IMG/VR virus record: IMGVR_UViG_3300005805_000005
Span: 1 to 40,410 of that record
Direction: 5' to 3' (one strand)
DNA from: a virus
Lineage: Duplodnaviria; Caudoviricetes
DNA: 40,410 nucleotides
Of the stretch, positions 34,361 to 40,410 are shown one piece after another (positions within the stretch are counted from its first letter, which is position 1; every line of letters begins with the position of its first letter). Below the pieces are notes generated by a model. The model was not told the origin of the DNA. It was given only the letters and a program-made list of their open reading frames with translations, and did no database searches. The position numbers and the translations under genes were made by a program.

Positions 34361-34801
34361 TCAGCCGGCGGTGTTGACCTTCACGCCCTTCGTGGTGGCG
34401 TCGTAGGGAGCCTCTTCGCCACGACCGAGCCGGGCGGCGACCACGATCACCGTGTCGGTGTTGGGCGACGCCTTGACCTGCAGGTATCGCTTGTGGCCAC
34501 GGCAATCCACCTCGAGCCGCGAGACAGTCATCGTGTCAGTGACGGTCTGGCCGGCATAGGCAGCCGGCTTCAGATCGCCAGAGAAGCCGGTGACGGTGGC
34601 GTACGTGCCGCCAGACGTATCCGACTCCTGCAGGGTCAGGGTCTGTGCCACGCTCGACGTGCTGGCCGCTGGGCCGAAAATCACGTCAATCGAGGCGTAG
34701 TCAAAGCCGAGGGTGTCCAGCGTCAGCGTGTTGGTCTGCGACGAGGTGTAGACCGCAGCCTTGCCCGACACGACCGACTTGGTAGCAGCGACGGAAATCA
34801 T
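34361..34801 (-). CDS. Putative capsid decoration/cement protein
   Basis: Beta-rich, LQESD..KRYL pattern, directly after the capsid gene. Confidence 0.6.
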   Translation of the reverse strand: MISVAATKSVVSGKAAVYTSSQTNTLTLDTLGFDYASIDVIFGPAASTSSVAQTLTLQESDTSGGTYATVTGFSGDLKPAAYAGQTVTDTMTVSRLEVDCRGHKRYLQVKASPNTDTVIVVAARLGRGEEAPYDATTKGVKVNTAG

Positions 34802-34834
34802 CTCTCAGGTTCTCCTAGAGGGTCAGAGTCAGGT

Positions 34835-36151
34835 TCAGGACGCAGCGGTCTTAAGGGCGATCACCGGGCCAACCGTGCTGGTGTCGCCGAGGCTGTGGAA
34901 GTTCGCCGTGGCGCGGACGACACCGGAAACCAGCGTCTGGTCAAGCTCGACAAACCGCTCCGAGGACACCCGCAGCTGGTAGCCCTGGCGGATGCCAAGA
35001 GCACCGGCCATAGCCAGGTCGCCGAACAGCACCTTGATCTTCGACACGTCGGAGCCGAGCGTGGCGTTCATCGGATGCACCAACGTCACGGGGTAGCCCA
35101 TGAACGTCAGGCCGAATCCGTTGGCCACGCTGGCGTTGCCGCCCTGCGCCAAATCCAGCCGCTGCATCGCCGCGTGGTAGCCGGCCGGCGAGATGTACCA
35201 CCGAGCGCCTGGCAGGGCGTAACGCGGAGCCTTCGCGAGCACCGACAGGAAGTCTTCCTTGTCGAGAGTCTCAAAGCTCACGTTGCCGCTGGCAGCCGTC
35301 ACCACGCTGGCCGAATAGGCCGAGGTGTTGATCTTCACCGCGACGCCGTGATGTCCGCCGTAGCTCGAGGTGCCGTCACCGATGAAGGCCGCCTCGTCGA
35401 GAGCCTTGGCGACCGCGAGGGAGTGCTCGGTCGCGATCAGGTCAGCGATCCCAACGCCATCGGCGAAGAGCTCGTTGCTGACCTTGGTGGCCACGCCGAA
35501 CTTCTGAGCGACCAGCTGCACCTGCGTGCCGGTCATGTCGCTGTAGGTGAACTCGGCGTTTTCGCCCATCCACGCGCCGCTGACGCCGCTGACACGCTTC
35601 GGGATCGACAGCACGTCCGAGGACATCGAGAAGTTCTGCAGGGCCGTGGGAGCCACGCCGTACGTCTCGACGTTGCGGATGATCGTGTTCGAAAGCTCAT
35701 CCGGCACGCTGAAGCCGCCGGCCGAGTTGACGCCTTCAACCATCGCACGGGCCTCAACGCCGTGGTCGTTGCACCACCGGCGAGCATCGGCGTCACCGCC
35801 GTAGGTCGCCTGCAGCCACTTGCCGACACGGTACGCCTCTTCATGAGAGCGGAAAGCCTTCAGCGTACGACCGTCGCGGACGGGCTCGATGCGAGCCTTG
35901 GGCTCCTCACGCACCTCGGGAGCCGGGCTGCACCGCTCTGCGACGCTGCGAAGGTTCTTGGCCGACTCAGCGACCTTCGCCTCGAATTCGATCTGGCCGG
36001 CGAGCTTCTGGGCACGCTCGGTAAGTCCCTTGAGCTCCATCTCGCGGGCGTTGGTGTCGCCGGCGTTGTCGGTGGTGTCGAGGGAGGTCAGAGCCTCGAT
36101 GCGAGTCGCGACCTCGGTGGCCTCGTTGCGCAGGGTGGTGAGCCGGTCCAT
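34835..36151 (-). CDS. Major capsid protein, HK97 fold
   Basis: Coiled-coil delta domain, GGFSVP, W.GE, VSNEL, D.A...GDG, LFGDL. Confidence 0.95.
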   Translation of the reverse strand: MDRLTTLRNEATEVATRIEALTSLDTTDNAGDTNAREMELKGLTERAQKLAGQIEFEAKVAESAKNLRSVAERCSPAPEVREEPKARIEPVRDGRTLKAFRSHEEAYRVGKWLQATYGGDADARRWCNDHGVEARAMVEGVNSAGGFSVPDELSNTIIRNVETYGVAPTALQNFSMSSDVLSIPKRVSGVSGAWMGENAEFTYSDMTGTQVQLVAQKFGVATKVSNELFADGVGIADLIATEHSLAVAKALDEAAFIGDGTSSYGGHHGVAVKINTSAYSASVVTAASGNVSFETLDKEDFLSVLAKAPRYALPGARWYISPAGYHAAMQRLDLAQGGNASVANGFGLTFMGYPVTLVHPMNATLGSDVSKIKVLFGDLAMAGALGIRQGYQLRVSSERFVELDQTLVSGVVRATANFHSLGDTSTVGPVIALKTAAS

Positions 36152-36187
36152 ACGTGATGTCTCCAGGGCGTGATTGCCGTGGAGTTC

Positions 36188-36218
36188 ACGATGCCACTAC
36201 GACCGGGGTGCCTTGCAG
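36188..36218 (-). promoter_or_regulatory. Putative phage promoter CTGCAAG-N18-CATCGT upstream of the capsid gene
   Basis: Motif copy 36 nt before ATG 36151. Confidence 0.55.
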
Positions 36219-36367
36219 AACCGCACTTGAGAAAGTGTTGTTTTCACAAACGCCACCGCGCGAGCGCCGCACTTCGGGCACCGCAGATACCGCTGCCGCT
36301 CATCGCCGCATGGACGAGACGACCGGCACCGCAGACGTTCGCCGCAGGTGCAGCGGGCTTCAGACAT
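36197..36367 (-). CDS. Ogr/Delta-like zinc-finger protein (56 aa, missed by ORF track)
   Basis: Manual translation MSEARCTCGERLRCRSSR..RQRYLRCPKCG..; fills the protease-capsid gap. Confidence 0.65.
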   Translation of the reverse strand: MSEARCTCGERLRCRSSRPCGDERQRYLRCPKCGARAVAFVKTTLSQVRFCKAPRS

Positions 36368-36995
36368 TTCGCAGCCTCAGCAGGGCAGCCCACGCCTGGG
36401 CGACGCCCCGCGGGGCCGAACGCACGGCAGGCGGGGCCGCTTGCTCGTTCTGGCTTGCGAGCCACGCTTCGTAGGACCGCATGGCAACGCTGGCGCTCGT
36501 CTGCGGATACGCAGGCACAAGCACCGGGCCAACGTCGTAGAGGCCCGACACCTCGCGGATCTGGCGCACAGCCTTGCCGTCCTCGCCGGTGCGGAACGAT
36601 TCGCCGCTCTTGTCCACGGTGAACGCGAACGAAGAGCCACGCACGTCACGCCGTTGGATGAGCTCGAGCACGTCGCCCCGGCTCACCGGCGGCGTCACCA
36701 CGTATCGCAGCCCTTTGTCGTCGCTGGAGAGCTCCAGCGTGCCAGACGAAGTGCGGCCCAGCACGATGTTGCTGTCGTGGTTGAAGAGTGCCACCACGTC
36801 CTGCCGGCCACGCTGGCGGCCGAGGATCTTGTCGAACGCCCCTGGCAGGATCTCCTCGCGGAACCCGCCCAGGTCCAGCGACAGCCGGTTGTAGACGGCG
36901 GCGTAGCCGACAATGGACGTGCGGCCGTCGGCGCGGCTCTCGACCACGAGATCGGTGTCGTCCTCAAAGGCAAAGTCGCGGCGTTCAATTTCCAT
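36360..36995 (-). CDS. HK97-family prohead protease
   Basis: IVGYAAVYN, FREEILPGAF, LFNHD..LGRT, SSFAF, VPAYP. Confidence 0.95.
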   Translation of the reverse strand: MEIERRDFAFEDDTDLVVESRADGRTSIVGYAAVYNRLSLDLGGFREEILPGAFDKILGRQRGRQDVVALFNHDSNIVLGRTSSGTLELSSDDKGLRYVVTPPVSRGDVLELIQRRDVRGSSFAFTVDKSGESFRTGEDGKAVRQIREVSGLYDVGPVLVPAYPQTSASVAMRSYEAWLASQNEQAAPPAVRSAPRGVAQAWAALLRLRNV

Positions 36996-38280
36996 CTGTC
37001 TCGTCCTCCTCGTCGTCCTCAACGTCGTCTTCCGGGCTGTCTTCGACCTCGACCACTGGCGGCTCGGGCATCGGCTCCGGTGCAGGCGGCTCCTCGCCAG
37101 CCTTGTCCAGGGTGGTCATGTTGAGCTGAATAAAGTGCTGATCGCCCTCTGGGCCGAGCGGGTTCATGTTCTCGAGCTCGCGGATCTCGTTCACGCTCAT
37201 CCAGCCGTTTTGGAAAGCGGATACGTAGTAGGCTGACCGGCTCGCGTGGTCGCCACGCAGCAGTCCCGCGACACTGTGCTCGGCGAAGTACCGCTCGTCC
37301 TCGCCTTCGGCGAGCAGGTCGCGGGAGATGGCGGCTTCCCACCGCTTGAGATGCGGCAGCAGGCAGTGCTGCACAAACTCGGTGCCTTGCACCTCTATGT
37401 TGCTATACGTGCTGCGGGTGAGATCCTGGATCATGTGGGGCGGCACGCGGAACGCCCGCGCTATCTCAATGCACTGGTAGGCTCTTGTCTCCAAAAACTG
37501 GGCCGCCTCGTTGCTCTGCGACAGCTCGTGGGCCTTCACGCCGGCAGGCAGCACCGCCGTGCGATGGGCGCGATCCGGCCCCCTGTGCATTCGCTCCCAC
37601 GACTCACGAAGGCGCTCGGCAGCTTCAACGGGAACCGGGTTCTCGGACTCCAGCACGATGCCCGGCCGGGCACCGTTGCCGAAGTACGTCGCCCCGTGAG
37701 CCTCAAGCGCTTGGGCTAGGCCGATGGCATTGGCGAAAAGCCGGTACGTCGGAATCGGGTGAATCCCGTCGTCCGTCGTGAACCGCAGGGCGAAAATCTG
37801 CTCCTGCCTGTACACCGTCTGCCGACCATCCGGCTCGCGGTAGATGTACCGCAGCCGGCCGTTCTCCAGCCGCTCCACTTCCATGCGACTCGGATGCAGC
37901 GGCCACAACTCAGATACCGGCCCGCGAGCACCGGCACGAATCTCGGCGTAGCTCGCCCCGTAGTGCAGGTACAGCCCCGTCATCCAATCCCTGAACTCTT
38001 GGGCCGTCTGCCACGGGTTCGGCTGCATGTGCAGGATGCGGTACAGCGGATGCTCTGGCACCTTTCGCTTGCCGCCGTTGGCCTGCCGCTCGTAAAGGTG
38101 CAGCGGCAGCGACGATACCGAATCCGATATGACGCGGATGCACGCCGTGTAGGCCGAGCACGCCATCGACGTGTCGGCAGTCACGCGCACGCCAGATGCC
38201 GTGCGACCACCGCCAACGCCGCTCCAATCAATGCCCCGGAGCTCGTGCAGGCGGAAGTCGGCGATGGTGGTGTCACTCAT
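36985..38280 (-). CDS. HK97-family portal protein
   Basis: ACIRVIS..SLPL, PNPWQT, YFGNGARP, QFLETR..EIARAFRVPP, NEIRELEN. Confidence 0.95.
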   Translation of the reverse strand: MSDTTIADFRLHELRGIDWSGVGGGRTASGVRVTADTSMACSAYTACIRVISDSVSSLPLHLYERQANGGKRKVPEHPLYRILHMQPNPWQTAQEFRDWMTGLYLHYGASYAEIRAGARGPVSELWPLHPSRMEVERLENGRLRYIYREPDGRQTVYRQEQIFALRFTTDDGIHPIPTYRLFANAIGLAQALEAHGATYFGNGARPGIVLESENPVPVEAAERLRESWERMHRGPDRAHRTAVLPAGVKAHELSQSNEAAQFLETRAYQCIEIARAFRVPPHMIQDLTRSTYSNIEVQGTEFVQHCLLPHLKRWEAAISRDLLAEGEDERYFAEHSVAGLLRGDHASRSAYYVSAFQNGWMSVNEIRELENMNPLGPEGDQHFIQLNMTTLDKAGEEPPAPEPMPEPPVVEVEDSPEDDVEDDEEDETDGN

Positions 38281-39836
38281 AGCGTGATCAAGTCCCAGTT
38301 GTCGTTTGGCGTGGCAGAGGTGGCATGGACGCCGGCCGCCATCACTAATGCCACGATGGCATCTATACGCTCGTGGCTGCGCTGCTTGCTTGGCTTAATG
38401 TTGTGACCGTCTGTTTGGATAGCGACGTTTCCGGCCTGCCAAGTTAGTGGCTCATTACCGCCATGAAGCAGAAGGCCACCTGCGATCCATGCCTCAACCT
38501 GACGTGCCGGCGCTGACATTTGGCCGTATCCCTGCCCGTAACCTACGACGGGCAGCCCGTCCTCTTGCAGAAGTTGCACTAGATGCGTGGAGTTCCATCG
38601 ATCCACTGCCACCTGTCGAATCGTGTATTTTTTGGCAAGCTCTAGGATGCTGGCACGCACCGCCGAATAGTCTGTTACGTTGCCCTGCGTCACGTTAAGC
38701 AGCCCCTTTCGCTGCCAAACGTCGTACGGAACCTTGTCGCGACGAACCCGCTGGCGTAGGTTCTCTTCGGGTATCCAAAAATGCGGTTCCACCCAGAAGC
38801 TGCCGTTGTCAAGCGGAAAGAGCAGCACAAAGGCCGTGGTGTCAAATGTTGTCGCCAGGTCTAAGCCAGCGAAACACTGGCGGCCGGTCAAATCCACTGG
38901 GCACGGCTTGTTGCCCTTCGCCCACTGGTGCATTGCAATCCAGCGGTTTTCCTGCTCGGTCCAGCAATTCAGATAAAGTTGCTTAAAAGTGTTTTCATAG
39001 GCTGGCATTTCGATTGCCCGCTGACACTCACTCCGCAGGAAGTCGAGTTTCACAGACACGCCGAGATTCGGATTTGCAGCGGCCCATGTTCTTTCGTCCT
39101 GCCAATCGGCCGCAGGATCTGCACAGTAAATCGCCGGCAGGAATGACTCGTCTTTGATCGCACCAGTGCGGACAGCCTCGGCGTATTTCCACACTTCCCA
39201 GCAGACGCTTTTTTTGTCGTGGCCAGCCGTTGTCAGCGCGACCGTCAGCGGGTTGCGTCGAGCACCTTGGCTCGACAGCATGACTTCCCACATTTCCCGG
39301 TTGCTCACATGGAGCTCGTCAAAAATCACAGCGTGAGCCGAAAGCCCGTGCTGGATTCCGGCCTCGGCGGAAAGTGCCTTGTACGTGGCGTGCGTTGACT
39401 CTCGCACGATGGCGTTTCGGTACACCTTGAGGTGCTGCCGCAGCACCGGCGACTGCTCGACGGCGATCCTTGCGGTATCGAAGACCAACCGTGCCTGATC
39501 CCTTGAGGCCGCACAGGAATAGACTTCTGCCCCCGGCTCGTCCTCGAGCATGCACCTGAGTGCGATGCCTGCCGCTAGCGTGCTCTTCCCATTTTTGCGA
39601 GGCAGGGCAAGCAGCGAGGTACGCACCTTCCGCCGGCCGCCCTCCTCAGCGAACAGCGCCCGCAAGTAGTCCCGCTGCCATGGCTGAAGCAGGAACGGCT
39701 TGCCACCGAGCTCGCCCTTGGCGTGCGTGAGGTGCTTTTCAAAGAACCGCACAGCCAGGCACGACGAGCACCGATTGCACGGCTTTTCAGCCGAACATGA
39801 GCCGGTCTTCGTCGTCGTTCGACGCTGCTTGCTCAA
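38277..39836 (-). CDS. terL: Terminase large subunit
   Basis: PRKNGKS Walker A, VIFDELH Walker B, GLDLA, RIDAIVA; start uncertain. Confidence 0.95.
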   Translation of the reverse strand: MSKQRRTTTKTGSCSAEKPCNRCSSCLAVRFFEKHLTHAKGELGGKPFLLQPWQRDYLRALFAEEGGRRKVRTSLLALPRKNGKSTLAAGIALRCMLEDEPGAEVYSCAASRDQARLVFDTARIAVEQSPVLRQHLKVYRNAIVRESTHATYKALSAEAGIQHGLSAHAVIFDELHVSNREMWEVMLSSQGARRNPLTVALTTAGHDKKSVCWEVWKYAEAVRTGAIKDESFLPAIYCADPAADWQDERTWAAANPNLGVSVKLDFLRSECQRAIEMPAYENTFKQLYLNCWTEQENRWIAMHQWAKGNKPCPVDLTGRQCFAGLDLATTFDTTAFVLLFPLDNGSFWVEPHFWIPEENLRQRVRRDKVPYDVWQRKGLLNVTQGNVTDYSAVRASILELAKKYTIRQVAVDRWNSTHLVQLLQEDGLPVVGYGQGYGQMSAPARQVEAWIAGGLLLHGGNEPLTWQAGNVAIQTDGHNIKPSKQRSHERIDAIVALVMAAGVHATSATPNDNWDLITL

Positions 39837-40245
39837 CGGCTGAGACTCTCGCCAAAGCGGACGCCGTCAAGCCGAACTGCTCGGCAAACCGCAACATGTG
39901 CAGTCGGGCGTCCTTCTTTCGATACCAGGCCGGGTGATTCATCACCCTACCCTTATCGTCCATGAACGTAGCCCCATGCTGCTTGAGTTCCGCCTCGGCT
40001 TTGACCATGTCTGCCAATGCGTCGCAGTAGGCGGCCAGTGTGTGCTGGTGCCGCAGGCTCATCACCTTTGACGCCTCAAGCATCGGCACGATGCGTTCCC
40101 ACTCGGCCCGGCCGATGTCGCAGAGGTAGGAAGGCGGCTCAGGAATGCCAGCGGGTGCGTCTATGCCGCTCTTGTGCGGCCCTCTAACGCGAGATCCTCG
40201 GAGCTTAAGGATCGTTTTAGGCGTTGGCTTTCGGCCCTTACCCAT
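39787..40245 (-). CDS. terS: Terminase small subunit, P27 family
   Basis: GRKPTP..K.LRG, PPSYL..EW.R, LAAYC, HPA, FGLTASA. Confidence 0.9.
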   Translation of the reverse strand: MGKGRKPTPKTILKLRGSRVRGPHKSGIDAPAGIPEPPSYLCDIGRAEWERIVPMLEASKVMSLRHQHTLAAYCDALADMVKAEAELKQHGATFMDDKGRVMNHPAWYRKKDARLHMLRFAEQFGLTASALARVSAVEQAASNDDEDRLMFG

Positions 40246-40410
40246 CACGCTATCCGTAGGAACGACGGGAACCGTGGCACACCGGCGTCTGTCATTTGCT
40301 GGAACTTGAACGTAAACACGGTGCCAACTCGTGGCGGCTTGCGTCGCAGCGAGTCGGTGAGCCCTGACGATACACGGAACTCCGTGCCGTCTTGCATCCG
40401 TGCCACCAGC
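40245..40410 (-). CDS. lig: ATP-dependent DNA ligase, 3' part (OB domain end)
   Basis: FRVSSGLTD..PPRVGTVFTFKFQQMTDAGVPRFPSFLRIA-stop; TGATG overlap with the terS start. Confidence 0.9.
   Translation of the reverse strand, partial: LVARMQDGTEFRVSSGLTDSLRRKPPRVGTVFTFKFQQMTDAGVPRFPSFLRIA
40312..40410. repeat. Terminal 99-bp direct repeat (right copy)
   Basis: Identical to 1-99. Confidence 0.95.

Noticed and set aside
34493-36157. 554-aa plus-strand ORF and similar long antisense ORFs elsewhere
   Set aside because: Shadow frames of high-GC minus-strand genes such as the capsid gene
40312-40410. Biological direct terminal repeat
   Set aside because: Exactly 99 bp, falls inside the ligase ORF, and is typical of a k-mer assembly overlap; the terminase type suggests cos ends
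1-40410. tRNA/rRNA genes or stop-codon recoding
   Set aside because: None recognised by eye; core genes are intact in the standard code

Overview
Apparently complete, circularly assembled genome (40,311 bp unique; positions 1-99 repeat exactly at 40312-40410) of a GC-rich HK97-type temperate siphovirus. A Planctomycetota host is inferred, not proven. Almost all genes are on the minus strand: packaging/head (terS, terL, portal, protease, major capsid), neck/tail with a -1 frameshift chaperone and tape measure, a plus-strand tyrosine integrase, recombination/replication genes (RecT-like, MTase, initiator, LexA-like, DnaN), glycosyltransferases, two proteases and an HNH. The main unexplained structure is at 10.1-12.4 kb: four single-gene units delimited by integron attC-like sites (R''/L''/L'/R' boxes, extrahelical bases, covariation, cassette-end complementarity). 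Their genes are phage-type, inverted relative to the attC sites, and no IntI is present. Also found: an ATP-dependent DNA ligase spanning the origin next to a stand-alone Prim-Pol, an Ogr-like zinc finger missing from the ORF track, three recurring promoter/operator motif families and a GGA-loop (CsrA-type) RNA leader. All calls come from reading motifs and synteny; no searches were run.
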